Source: Lytechinus pictus
Taxonomy: Eukaryota
Reading direction: 5' to 3'
NCBI RefSeq assembly: GCF_037042905.1
Contig: NC_087245.1
Span: 2,358,001 to 2,422,000, forward strand
DNA length: 64,000 nt
Shown here: positions 1 through 11,862 of the stretch, piece after piece
Layout of the letters: every line of letters starts with the position of its first letter
Position numbering within the stretch: position 1 is the first letter of the stretch
The notes under the pieces: model-generated
Told to the model about the DNA's origin: nothing
Databases searched by the model: none
Seen by the model: the letters and a program-made list of their open reading frames with translations, nothing else
Translations under genes and position numbers: made by a program

Positions 1-519
1 AATCATCTTTTTATACTTCCTACACAATTATGAATGATTTGAGAGCCGAATGAGCTAAAGTATGATATCTCTACTGTTAGTGATTTATGTAACAATTGGC
101 TGTCCATACTTAAACCACAACTTTAAACCCGACTTCAGAATGCGGGCCATACAGTTTAACAATGGCCACCATCTCCCAGCAACTAATCTACGCTACATAT
201 CTGACAGGGAGTGGCCACCAAGGGACAAGTTCCCGTAGGCACATACTGCACAAACCCCATTATCAAAGCAAGGTCATCCCCATTACTACTACAGTTTAAT
301 GCACAAAGCAAAAAAAAACAAAAAAACGACTGACACAGTGGGTATACCTTTCACTTAGACTAGACATATCTAGGCATATGGGGGGGGGGTATCGGGGCCC
401 GCCCCCCCCCCCCCTGGTACCCGGAAATGGGGGTGCCAAAAAGAAGAAAAGGGAGGAAAAGAAAAGGGGGGAAAAAGGGAAGGAAAGAAGAGAAAGAGAA
501 AAAAAAGAGGGAAAGGGGC

Positions 520-2450
520 ATGCCGAATTGATGTTCAAACTAGGGGGGAGGGCGCTGAATTGAAGTTCGTCATAGGGGTGCCGATTTGATCTTCAACCTA
601 GGGGGCGCCAAATTATGTTCTACCTAGGGGGGCCGAATCAGAGTTTGAAATAGGGGTCAAGCCAATTTATGTTCGACAAAGGGGGCGCCTAATTGATGTT
701 CAAACTTGGGAGGGGGGCACTGAATTGAAGTTCGACATAGGGGTGCCGAATGGAAGTTCGACATATGGGCGCCGAATTGATGTTCAACATAGGGGGGCGC
801 TGAATTGAAATTTGATATATGGGCACCGGATTGATCTTCAACCTAAGGTGGTGAACTGATGTTCAATCAAGGGGCGCTGAATTGATGTTTCGACATAGGG
901 GGGCCGAATTGAAGTTCGTCACAGGGGCTCCGAATTCATCTTCAACCTGGGGGCGCCGAATCAATTTTCTACCTAGGGGCGCAGAATTGAAGTTCGACAT
1001 AGGGGGAGCCTAATTCTCGCTACCCCAAATAGCGATTTCGCCGAGATCCGGGAAAATCCCTGTAACGCGCATTGCATTATGGGATAGCTTTTCGGTATTA
1101 CAACTTCCTGTTCGGATGTCCAATGCACTGTTTTGCCATTCAGATCAACAGTGCCGTCATGCACAACAACACAACGTCACTTTCGCTCGGAAAAATCGTA
1201 ATCACAACCCTCTCTTTCACGATACAGTTTAACGGTCTTTTCTGCTAAAGTCACTAATTCTGCCCGACGCTTTCCATCGCACGGTATTCCTCTGTCAGTT
1301 AAGATTTTTTTAAGTTCCGAAACTGATTTTTTTATCCATTTTGTGGTCGACGAAAAATTGAACGGAGTGAATGCTGTATATATTTAGCGTCTAGTCTAGT
1401 CCGATCGTGATGTCAGGCCGGTCGCTAAATGCAAAATTTTAAGATATTCATTTTTTGTTTACTTTTTTTATAACCAAGTAAAAACATGAATAAAAATTAT
1501 TTTCACGTGAAATATATTTTTTATTTTTATTTATAATTCAAATGGAATCAAAACTGACCAAATTTAATAAAAAGTATTATAATCTGTACATATTACGCTG
1601 ATTGGCATCGATTTCAGCGTGGTGAAAACTCAGTATCGCGAACCTTGCGCGAGCATGAACCGGAAGTGGTGATGACGACCCGACGAAGTGAAAATTATCT
1701 CGTCTCGCGCATTATGAGATTTTTGTTCCTATTTGGGGTAGCGAGAATTGAAGTTTGACAAAGGGGCGCCAAATTGATCTTCAACCTCGTGGGAGCAGAA
1801 TTTATGTTCTACCTCAGGGAGCTGAATAGGAGTTTGAAATAGGGGTCGTGCCAAATTAATGTTTGACCAAGGGGGTGCCGTATTGATGTTCGGCCTAGGG
1901 GCGCCAAATCGATGTTCTTCCTAGGGGGAGCCAAAATGATGTTCAACGGATGTTCGACCTAGGGGCGCCAAATTGATGTCCGACATACATGTGGGGGCGC
2001 GAATTGATGTTTTACTTAGGGGCGCCCAATTGATTTTCAATGTAGGAGGGAGCGCCAAATTGATGTTTAACCAAATGGGGGCACCGAATTGCTGTTCGAC
2101 CTATGGGAGCGTCAAATTTATGTCTGACATAGAGCGCCAAACCAATGTTTTATTTAGGGGTGCCCAATTTATGTTTGACATGGGGGTGGCACCATTTTGA
2201 TGTTCAACCGGAGGAGGGGGGTTGGGGGCGCCCAATTGATGTTCCACATACGAGCACCAATTCGATGTTTGTCCTGAGGCTCCAAATTCATGTTCAACCT
2301 AGGGAGGGGGCACCAAATTCATATTCGACAGTTGGGGCGTCAATTTGATGTTTGTCCTCAGGCGCCAAATTCATGTTTAAAATGGGGGGAGGCACCAAAT
2401 TGATATTCGACCTTTGGGGCGCAATTTGATGTTTGACCAGGGAGGGGCGA
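520..2450. repeat. Degenerate ~29-31 bp minisatellite (consensus ~GAATTGATGTTCGACATAGGGGCGCC), interrupted by an insertion at 1016-1745
   Basis: Dozens of adjacent variant units with no unique spacers. Lies downstream of a G-run/purine-tract head at ~370-520 typical of the G-rich interspersed family in this window. Confidence 0.9.
1016..1745. mobile_element. Non-autonomous DNA transposon, probably Sola1-like
   Basis: Perfect 17-bp TIR CTCGCTACCCCAAATAG. AATT duplicated at 1012-1015 and 1746-1749; removal restores the host minisatellite unit. An AWWT 4-bp TSD is characteristic of Sola1. Confidence 0.8.
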
Positions 2451-2693
2451 GTTTGGTGCTTGCATCAAATGCATAGTTAGATGCCAATCCTGTTCATAAT
2501 ATGCTTAGAAAGTCAAAATTTTAAGTCAGAATATCAAAAATTTTCAACTTGCACTTCTTGTTCGCATTAATTGTTTAGTAAGGTGACGATTGATCCTGTT
2601 TATTGTGAGATAAGTGCTTAGAATGTACAAATTTGAGGTCAGAATATAAAAAAATTTAAGCTCGCATTTTGCGATCCCACCAACTGTTTAGAT

Positions 2694-3090
2694 CAGCGCT
2701 TCTCAAACAGTAAGCGCGGCCCACTGGTGGGTTGCGAAGCTCTCTCTGGTGGTCAGCGAGAAGCTCCAGGAGAAAAAAATAGGAGAAAAACTGTGATTTC
2801 TCAGACCTGTCCGAACATGGCATGTCTAATAAGTGTACATGGATCTAAAAAACTAAAGCATGCTTAGGTATCATGCATGTTGCAAAGCATGAACATGCAC
2901 ACTATGATGGTTTTGATCTAACTTTTATTTGAACCTCATGTGCATGCATATTGTTCATGTAGTTTCATTTATCGGACATTTGCGAAAGCAGATTAGTTCT
3001 CAAACTGTTTTCTTAAAAGTTTGGTAGGTGGGCCTCAAAAAATAAATCTGAGTCAAGTGGTCCTTGAGTAAAAAAGGTTGAGAAGCACTT
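2694..3090 (+). mobile_element. hAT (Buster/Charlie-type) MITE
   Basis: Termini CAGCGCTTCTCAA...TTGAGAAGCACTT. 8-bp TSD GTTTAGAT (2686-2693, 3091-3098). Homologous to the ends of 30191-31285. Confidence 0.9.
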
Positions 3091-3639
3091 GTTTAGATAG
3101 TACCTATATACACATCATGTCCACGGGTACAAAAAGTGCTCAGAATATCAGATTACACCCCCCCCCCCACCATCTCCCAGCCAAACTTGATATGAACTAC
3201 GTAAACCATTAAAAAAATAAATATAAAGATCTGACTGGGCACCCGCACATTAGTTAAAGAGGAAGCGCTGCCCATAATTCAAAGGTCATCATATCCAAGC
3301 CAGGTTTACTTATCTAGATGCTACAAACTCTCTCCTAATCTGACTGGACAAGGCTGTTCATCTAAATTAATAAGGGGCAAGGCCTTGCAGGCATATCATT
3401 AGCCATGATCTAGGCATAGAGGCTGCAGATTTTTTCTTTGCCTTTACAAGTCTCATGCCATTAAGCAAAACATGAAAATACCTGATAATCAGATAATCGA
3501 ATGTATCCATCTACTTTGTCAGTTTTATGTTTAAATGAACTGCCCTCGAATATAGTACACAGATTTTTGCGCAATAGCTTCATCTCCAATGCAGCAAAAG
3601 CTGAATGGTAAAGCTCAGAATATAGGCTTGCCTATAGAT

Positions 3640-3751
3640 GGAAGATAAAAAGGCAATGATTAAAATGCCTTGGACTAGGGCCATGCCAGGAATGGAAACC
3701 AGACTTTGATGATGAAGTCGGGCGCACTAGACCACTTGATCACAGCACCTC
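3640..3751 (-). mobile_element. Degenerate tRNA-derived SINE fragment
   Basis: Reverse complement aligns by eye with the SINE at 10009 (GAGGTGCTGTG..AGTGGTCTA..GCGCC...AAAGTCTGG...GGCATTT). Confidence 0.65.
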
Positions 3752-4013
3752 AGGCTGCGGCTGGTGGTCACTGGTGGCGAAAAACAAGCCTGAAGTGAGC
3801 TTCCCGGCCTGAGACACAAGATTCTCTGAAAGGCCTGATGTGGGGACTGCGGTCGGGTAAAAGTCCTGATGAGCCACTATACCCAACTATAGAAGCCTGG
3901 CCCTCAAACTCAAAGCCACCTGGGGGGAGCGAGCAAGGGATATGAACTGGTTTGAAATCTATTTTAGAGTCAGAAATGTAGGTACGTGGGACAGCACGAG
4001 CTCAGAAACAGTA

Positions 4014-4470
4014 GGGCAATTCCATAGGTTGGTGGACATGAGCTCAATGTGTCTTTGTACATATAGCCCATCTGAACCGTAACGTGAGTAACCACTTTAT
4101 CTGCACCCCTTGTAAAAACCATGTGTTCTTTATTTTTTTAATTATATACAAATTTGTCTCCCTAATATACTTCTTTGAAATGGATATAATCAACTTTCAT
4201 AAAAGCCTTGCATGAGGACACTTTTCACTTATGTCCACTTTTCATTTTATGCATGTCCAAATCATGTAACCTGAGTAACCGACACATTTCAAAGATTTGC
4301 CAGGAGCATTATGAAATTTCCCAAGTTTTGTTTTTATACAAAGGATAGTCAGACTGCGTACTATGTTGTGATAAAGAGATGTTTAGTTCCTATCAATAAT
4401 AATGGAGTTACAGCTCCAAGTATGAGTCAAGGTGTCTCCAAATGTAACGTGAGTAACCGTGGAATAGCCC
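4014..4470. mobile_element. Non-autonomous Sola2-like element
   Basis: TIR GGGC(A/T)ATTCCA; 4-bp TSD AGTA (4010-4013, 4471-4474); GRG termini; three internal GTAAC(G/C)TGAGTAACC motifs. Confidence 0.75.
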
Positions 4471-4696
4471 AGTAGACTCCCCCTGAAAACAGGAGAAAAG
4501 TGATGATAACAGGCATCCTAGTCCTAACTTGCCGCACCAAAACAGCTTGGTGCTAAGTCAAACGCATCATTGAAAAAAAGGCAAAAAGCCATAGGTATCA
4601 TTCCCCAATAGAGCACTAAGTGCCGACGAGAAGGGTATACATGTAATACTGGAGTGGTGTGAAAGCCCCCAAGTGTAGCACAATGGAAAGTTCGCA

Positions 4697-5008
4697 GCCC
4701 TGGGAGATTTAGGACCAGCTATACTTGAAAGGCCTGAGACCTGTGCATGAAGTTCAACACCAAAAGAGCATGCTGTGCAAAAGGTGAATAATTTACACAT
4801 AAGGGAGGGTGTAAAAGTATCCTTGATAACACACCCAAGTGAAGCAAGATTTGGCCTGGAGAGACTCAGGTACGGCTATGCTTAATAGCCCTAAGACCTG
4901 ATCACAAAATCCTACACCGAAAGAGCACACTGTGCACAAAGGTGAAGAACGCACAACGGGAGGATGTGAAATCCTCCCCAATAACACATCTGAGTGAAAC
5001 AAGATTAG
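4697..5008. repeat. Diverged tandem duplication, 2 x ~155 bp
   Basis: Units at ~4697-4852 and ~4854-5008 align. Minus-strand translations CTACSFGVELHAQVSGLSSIAGPKS and CTVCSFGVGFCDQVLGLLSIAVPES match each other. Confidence 0.75.
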
Positions 5009-5264
5009 GATGTGCTCCACCCCGATAGTGAAAGTGACCAACAGTCTCCTCGTCGAAAGAGGCAAAAATACAAGGAATTTAGCCAATTTGACGGTATGAA
5101 AGCCCCCACAGGGACGTAGTACACTACGGGAAGTCAGGTGACTATTCCAGAGCTGCCAACATTGGGATGATAGAATCCAGTAGATTTTGCGGAGGTATGA
5201 TTTTGTGAGGGAGCGGCGGAACGTTGTCCCACGGATGGGAGTTTTGGGTAGCAAAACACATTAA

Positions 5265-5845
5265 AGGAGAATGAAACTCTTGGAGCAAGTTAGCTTTTGT
5301 GAAAGCAGAAAAATCAAAGAATAAGATCAACAAAACTTTGAGTAAAATAGGACTAGCAATAAAAGAGTTATGAGCATTTGAATGTCGAGATCACTAATGC
5401 TATGGAGATCCTCCTATTGGCAATGCGACCAAGATCTGTGATGTCACACACGTACAACTCTCCCATTCGGACACTGAAAATATACCCCAAAACATCTCTT
5501 TTTGCTCATTCTAATCATATGACAAACGATTCATCAATGATATAATGTTGTGAAACCTCTGTACTTGTCATCTCATAAAGAAAACACCTAACCTTGTGAT
5601 AGACTCTATAAAAGTGAATATAAGTGAAATAAGTACTAAAGTAATGAGGGAGTTGTACGTGTGTGATATCACAGATCTTGGTCGCATTGCCGATGGGAGG
5701 ATCTACATGGCACTAGTGATCTCAATATTCAAATGCTCATAACTTTCTTATTATTCATTCAATCTTCCTCAAACTTTCAACAATATGTTTCTTTGATTTT
5801 TCTCTTTGATATGGATTCAGCTAGTTTCAAGGGTTTCATTCTCCT
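5265..5845 (+). mobile_element. Kolobok-like foldback MITE, family A copy 1
   Basis: TTAA on both sides; TIR AGGAGAATGAAAC; ~200-bp imperfect inverted arms; nearly identical to 38410-38992 and 59915-60500. Confidence 0.9.
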
Positions 5846-6101
5846 TTAAGAAACAACATTTGATAGTAACCGACAGCTGTCTAAACCATCAAAAAAAATT
5901 CTGATAGATTAAATGCACATTAGAGAGAATTCATGAATTGTCATTGACTAAATATACACTTCAGGCAATACAGTAGATTTTTTAAATAATTCATAAAAGA
6001 ATGAATTCAACATGAAAATACCTTTATAATTGGCCAGAGGGGGAAGGGGCTGCAGAAGTGGTAGGCCTAAACATGGTAAATGAGCTTTTTATGTGGACTG
6101 T

Positions 6102-6221
6102 TTAAAGTCTCTGAGGGATTCCTGTGAAAATTGTCACACAGTCCCATTCTGCTTGAAAACTATCTTTATACTTCGACAAGTATTTTGTCGTCTTGGATGA
6201 CTCCATCTCCATGATCTCCAT
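6102..6221 (-). pseudogene. Possible truncated transposase N-terminus (MEIMEMESSKTTKYLSKYKDSFQAEWDCV...)
   Basis: 39-codon ORF downstream of the CpG-rich end of the 5148-6973 element. The KY..KY...F..EW pattern resembles the lead-in to N-terminal zinc fingers of hAT-type transposases. Weak. Confidence 0.35.
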
Positions 6222-7019
6222 GGTCACTGGCGATGCGATTGTAGTGTGGATGAATCGGGACGGGGCGTGCTTCGCACAGCTCAGCCAGCCAGCGCCAGGC
6301 TAGCTCACTCACGAAACTCGAAAGAGAAAATGTTCGAATCCGATCAACCCAAGTGAAAGTAGGCGAAAAAATCTCCACTTTGCTTCTAATTCTTCAAGAT
6401 TGTCAATAAAATTATTCCTGAAATTGAAAGTCGAGGTGTAAAAAAGTAATCCACTTGTTAATCCCATCGTTGATCCACAGTTTCAGCTCGAATAAGGCGC
6501 ACGCAAGCTTACGAAAAATGCCTCGCAGTGCTCGTGAACTTTAATTCTCGGAGCTTCCTGGCGCAGCGCGGCGGGCTGGAGCCGCGCCGGGGCGCATCGG
6601 GGGCCATGTGCATGGAGTACCGCTGAAGAGTTTTCATCACACACACATGCAGAACCCGGAAATAAAATGGCTTGTTAGACTACTTCACCAGTCGTTCAGT
6701 AAAATTATCTTTATTTACATGCGAAATCAATGTACGATTATACAAAAACTGGTAGAAGTTACTGGGTAAAATGAAAATGTGATAAGGAGGTTCCACGTGG
6801 GTGTTAGGGAGTTGAACATGCTAGACTCGTTAAACAGTCGTTTGTACGAATTTTACAATTTAACAGCTAAAAATCCTGATTATCCGGGAGATTTTGGCAT
6901 GGGGTCGGGAGAACGGGAGATTGGATCGTAATCCAGTATTCTCCCGCAGGATCCGGGAGACTTGGAAGCTCTGCTATTCCCATATTAAAAACCCCAACCC
7001 GCCACTATGCTGAAGTTAG

Positions 7020-7970
7020 ACAAGTGGAATGCCTCTGGCCGTCTCACCTGCATCACCCAATTCAATATAGCAGCAGTGCTGACTTTGAAAACTATTATAA
7101 CTTGTGCAAGATGTTCAGCGATACTTGATTACTCTTATGTCCACGTTTTATGAACTGGACCATTACAATTACAGAGATATGATGGTAATTCAACAAATAC
7201 CCCCAACGTGGATAAAGTTCATTGACTTTACATGACCTTTGACCTTGATCATGTGACCTGAAACTTGCACAGGATGTTCAGTGATACTTAATTACTCTTA
7301 TACATGTATATGTCCAAGTTTCACGAGTCAGATCCATAAACTTTCAAAGTTATGATAGTAATTCAACATATACCCCCATTATGGCCAAAGTTCATTGACT
7401 TTTGACCTTGGTCATGTGACCTGAAATGCGCACAGGATGTTCAGTGGTACTCGATTACTCTTATGTCCAAGTTTTATGAACTGGACCAATATACTTTCAA
7501 AGCTATGATGGTAATTCAACAAATACCCCAATTCGGCCAAAGTTCATTGACCCTAAATGACCTTTGACCTTGGTCATGTGATGTGAAACTCATGCAGGAT
7601 GTTCAGTAATACTTGATTAACCTAATGTCCAAGTTTCCTGAACTAGGTCTATATATTTTCTAAGTTATGATGACATTTCAAAAACTTAACCTTAGGTTAA
7701 GATTTTGATGTTGATTCCCCCAACATGGTCTAAATTCATTGACCCTAAATGACCTTTGACCTTGGTCATGTGACATGAAACTCAGGCAGGATGTTCAGTA
7801 ATACTTGATTAACCTTATGGCCAAGTTTCATGAACTAGGTCCATATACTTTCTAAGTTATGCTGTCATTTAAAAAACTTAACCTTCTGTTAAGATTTGGT
7901 GTTGATGCCGCCGCCGCCGTCGGAAAAGCGGCGCCTATAGTCTCACTCTGCTATGCAGGTGAGACAAAAA
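7020..7970 (+). mobile_element. Tsp/DINE-like Helentron-associated element, family C copy 1
   Basis: Subterminal IR GTCTCACCTGCAT...ATGCAGGTGAGAC; central ~120-130 bp tandem array (TGACCTTTGACCTTGGTCATGTGAC...); (GCC)n microsatellite; 3' hairpin; A-rich flank; no TSD. Confidence 0.85.
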
Positions 7971-8535
7971 TGACTGTATCAGAAAGATGTGAACTTTTTC
8001 CCTAAAGGGTGAGGTGTGAATGCTCTCGTAAGGAGCAGTGAAACAACTTCAGCCAATCCCCAATGACACAGGAGGTACAGCAGTGGTTGGTAACCGTTGC
8101 TCATGTGCGGGAAAAGAACTCACCGGCATGGGTTAGGGATGTGACTAGATCAAAACATGCCCGACAGGCACCTTAATCATAAGCGGTGAAAGTGAATAGG
8201 AGCTAGAGCGTAATAAACCTGGCATGATCTGTAACAACACATACCGCCCCAAGGAAATTATAGCAGACTGTCTATAAACTCTATGGTAAAGTCTCAGAAA
8301 ATCTAGCAGTGGTATCCAAATGCGGTGAAACTCAGATTACCGGCTAGAGCTCCCTGCCCCCCCCCCAAACTGCTTGGCAAAACTGATAAGACCGCAGCTG
8401 AGCCATCGGTAAAGAATCAACACTTAATAGGCATACTCCTGTCCAAAAGATTAGGAGGGGGTATGGCTTGTTCTTCTCCATCGCACCCAAGAAAGGGTGG
8501 CGAAAAAGGGTAGGAGACATTCCAGGCCCTTGCCC

Positions 8536-8787
8536 CTACAAGGGGACTTGATTAGGAGTATTAAATAATGCGGCAATCCGTCCAGGGTCCAAGGCCTTCG
8601 GGGATAGGGGTACAGAGTGGTGAAGTAGACCTGAAACTCCAACCAGCTGATTGTGGTTACAGAACCAAGGCAGAGATCCCAAAATTAGGGGATGATGGCA
8701 GAAACGGGCGCCCACAATAACATGTGACAGAAGGGGGTATATGCGCCCTTGCAGGTAGCGGTGGAATCTTAATTCCATTCCAGCCAC
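8536..8787 (-). pseudogene. Possible decayed Ty3/Gypsy protease fragment
   Basis: HHPLILGSLPWFCNHNQLV resembles the P-I-ILG-x-PWL-xx-HNP-x-I motif at the end of Ty3/Gypsy aspartic proteases. No reverse transcriptase motifs or LTRs found by eye. Confidence 0.3.
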
Positions 8788-10008
8788 GTAAGATGCCGAC
8801 GATTCAGCTTCTATCCGCTCAGATTCATGGGATAATTAAGCATAGAGCTGGTGGGTAAAATGCCATAGAGCATGAATCAACTTAAAAGTTTTAATAATTT
8901 CTCCATCAGTACACATCAGTGCAAAAAATATATAAGTGCCGCTAAACAAGATTATGTCGTAACATTTCTTGCTCCCTCTGGGGCCACAAATGCTCATGAT
9001 CTTTGGCATGAGTGGCATACTGCTGCATTTGCGTGGGGATGCTGCCAGGGTGCTAGGCGGCAGCCGAGAGGCAACTTGGGGAAGCAAACCAAATCTGAGG
9101 ACTCGTCCACGGCGGTGAAGATGGGCTCACATATCGATGAGTCGGAACTCATCCTCTCCTTGTTCTTTGTCTGAAAACAAAAATATGAACGGAGAGAAAT
9201 GGAAGGGGGGGAACATCCGTGGAGCCCCAAGGGTGCTCATGTATCAAAAAACAAAGAGATAAATTCACTTTGTTTTGTTCTAATTAATTCACACCAAAAT
9301 AATTAACTACTAAATTAGGCAGACAAAGGTTTAAATAATAGCAATTAACCAAGTACAAGAGAGGCAATTAAGAAGGATTCATCAAGCAAGAAGAAAAAAT
9401 AATAAAAAAAGAATCTCCAAAAGAGGAGCGAAACCAAGCTAAAAACCTATTTAAAAGGAGTTAAATAAATAGAATTCAAGGCTGGCTAAAATCCTGAAGG
9501 GAAAGCAGAGGAAAGAATTCAGGTTTCGAACCTAAAAGAAAAGAGGCCATGCCAGCAACTTCGGCTAGGAAGCAAATGAGAAAATATTTGCGCAACAAGA
9601 GGCAAGAATAAATCAAGACCAGGTGTCGACCAAAAGAGAGAGCACGGGGAAGCTACGGGAGGATGAAGACCTTGCATAGGCCGATGGACGCTGTGTACAA
9701 AACAAAAATGGAAGCAATTCAAAAAATTGCCTAAAAGTGGTGCTTAGAGAATTAGAAATCCAAATTATAATTTGGATCATATTTAATCCAAATAATAATA
9801 ATTATAAGTATGAGCCAAACCAACTGTACCGAGGTAAAATGGTTGGCATTGAATTTGGTAGCAAAGAAAATATGGCCTGAAAATGTATTTTGGAGGGCGA
9901 AAAAAACAAAACAGATTTTTGGCGAGCATATGGGTGTAAACGGAAGAAGATGTCATAAATTCACCAGGAGATGGCGCTATTGCGCAAGAATCTGTGTACT
10001 ATATATGT

Positions 10009-10195
10009 GGAGGTGCTGTGGCCGAGTGGTCTAAGGCGCCTGGCTATACATGAAAAAGTCTGGGGTTCGATCCCCGGCCGCGGCAGCTATGCCCGTGAGC
10101 AGGGCATTTAATCTACAATGCTCTTTTATCTCGCTTTCAAATAAATGGAAATGCTATATGCATTATTGGTAACTAGGTGTGAACTTGTTTTTAAA

Positions 10196-10199
<4 letters not shown>
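10009..10199 (+). mobile_element. tRNA-derived SINE
   Basis: A box TGGCCGAGTGG and B box GGTTCGATCCC, followed by a SINE core (GAGCAGGGCATTTAATC) and an A/AT tail. Confidence 0.85.

Positions 10200-10227
<28 letters not shown>
10199..10227. repeat. (AT)n microsatellite
   Basis: Direct reading. Confidence 0.95.
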
Positions 10228-10232
<5 letters not shown>

Positions 10233-10362
10233 TCGAGGACAGTTCATGAAACATAAACTAGCAAAAATAGATGGATACATCATGATTATTGAAGTAAATC
10301 CGCTTTAATATAGTGCTTAATGCATTGGAACGACATGTCTAAGCCTTTTACAGATATACATG

Positions 10363-10615
10363 TATTATTACCCCGGTCATCGATTCAATCAGTCATTCAT
10401 GCACACAGTGTGTGCACATCCTCCACTCCCTGGGGAGTATTCCAGTCAATCCTCGGTGAGGGGCACACAGTACTGGACAAGCCACAATGACTTTCACATC
10501 CTACCGGTAATCCACTTAGCACCTGGGTCGAAGTATGCTAGACCACGGTAGGATTCGAACAAACGAGCCTATGTTTACAAGGAGAGAGTCAGAACCACTA
10601 CACCAAGGCTCCTCC
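10363..10615 (-). mobile_element. tRNA-derived SINE (SURF-like), internally deleted
   Basis: Minus strand has TGGTGTAGTGG (A box), GTTCGAATCC (B box), a CCCAGGTG...TACCGGTAGGA body shared with the 43833 SINE, and a TAATAATA tail. Confidence 0.85.
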
Positions 10616-10904
10616 ACATACATCTGATGCGAGGACTACGAATGCTCATATACAATCTGGTCTTACACTACCGTACTTGTTAATATCAACTCGGATTTGG
10701 TGAGAATTGTTTAGTACAAAAAAGACCGGTCCTCAACAAATTGCTCGGTGGGCCAAGATAGGTTTGCTCAGAAGGGGTCTTGGGTAGGTTTGTGCGTTTA
10801 CATCGGATTAGAAACCTGCCAGAAACTTTTTAGGAAAGCCAGTGTAACAGGGGTCCTATTGATGTTTTGTAAAAACAGCATTAGGCTTGTATTAACAAAT
10901 TTAA

Positions 10905-11356
10905 AAGCACTCAGTATATAATGCATGGTGGGTATGTGCCGCAGAGAGGATCCCCATTTTTACACACAAATTTCCGTTCGAAGTAATTAGTTCCAAAGCA
11001 TAGCATTTGATCTTATTGAGAAAAAGAACAAAGAAATCCGCTCCAAGCTTTGCATATTTTTCGTTACGCTGTTCCGTCCGCATTGATCCATTACAATGAG
11101 CTGCATTTTTGGCGAAAAGCAGCCGAAAGAGCGCTGTCCGACCATCACCTCTGCGCCAGCAAACCCGGCGCTCATGAGATGCATACGCACTCACACGCAG
11201 GCAACCCGTTCCAAGGACCCCCGTTTACACAAACATTTGTGGTTCCGAAGCCCTTTCCGAGGACCCTCCTTTTTACAATGAATAAGCCAACTCCAAATCC
11301 CCCGTTTTTGTCTCGCCTGCGACACATACCTGCCACTTTCATGGTCCAGTACCCGG
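10905..11356. mobile_element. Degenerate TIR element
   Basis: Imperfect inverted ends GGTATGTGCCGCAG / CTGCGACACATACC. TSD not resolved. Confidence 0.5.
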
Positions 11357-11408
11357 TCCCCGTCTCCCAGTCAGAAATTAAGAAACATACATGTACATGT
11401 AATTGATA

Positions 11409-11654
11409 CATGGGCGGAAATACCAGGGGGCACAGGGGGCACGTCCCCCCTGCCAAAAATAGTAGGGGGACACAATGTCAAATGTCCCCCCTACTATCTG
11501 TGGTCTTTTATGATGGAAAAAAATACAAAATCGAAATAAAACCTGTATTTTGGACGAGATGACCTTACTTTTTGGGTGATAACCTTCTTTTTTTTGCTTT
11601 TCAAATTTTCCGGCCCCTGGTCCCGCTACCTTTGGGGAGAGATTTCCGCCCTTG
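11409..11654. mobile_element. hAT-type MITE
   Basis: TIR CA(T/A)GGGCGGAAAT; 8-bp TSD AATTGATA/AACTGATA (1 mismatch). Confidence 0.8.
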
Positions 11655-11862
11655 AACTGATATAACACTTAACCAAAATACTCAATTCAATTTCCCAAAC
11701 CCCCCCAACTCACCATACAAAAAAATCAACCGACTGACTTGGCATACCATCCACCTTCATTTCAGAGGCATTACTCAATATTTAGGTTCATCATTCACGA
11801 GTCACCATAACCCAGCCAGGAATATTATTATCAAACTGAACAAACTACTCCAACTCCCCTTG

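Larger units (their letters stand above)
5148..6973 (-). mobile_element. Internally deleted hAT-like element with 6-bp TSD, carrying a nested MITE
   Basis: TIR CAGAGCT(G/T)CCAA. CTATTC duplicated at 5142-5147 and 6974-6979. GGGAG(A) subterminal repeats; CpG-rich interior. Confidence 0.8.

Noticed and set aside
520..2450. CRISPR array
   Set aside because: Units are contiguous and degenerate with no unique spacers, there are no cas genes, and the context is eukaryotic.
5142..8480. Peptide similarity IIPPQNLLD versus AIPPPNLLD as a repeated protein motif
   Set aside because: The first lies in the subterminal region of the 5148-6973 transposon, so the match is most likely chance.
10009..10085. 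tRNA gene (also 10540-10615 and 43833-43905)
   Set aside because: A and B boxes are present but continue into SINE bodies and tails; no clean cloverleaf or T-run terminator was found.
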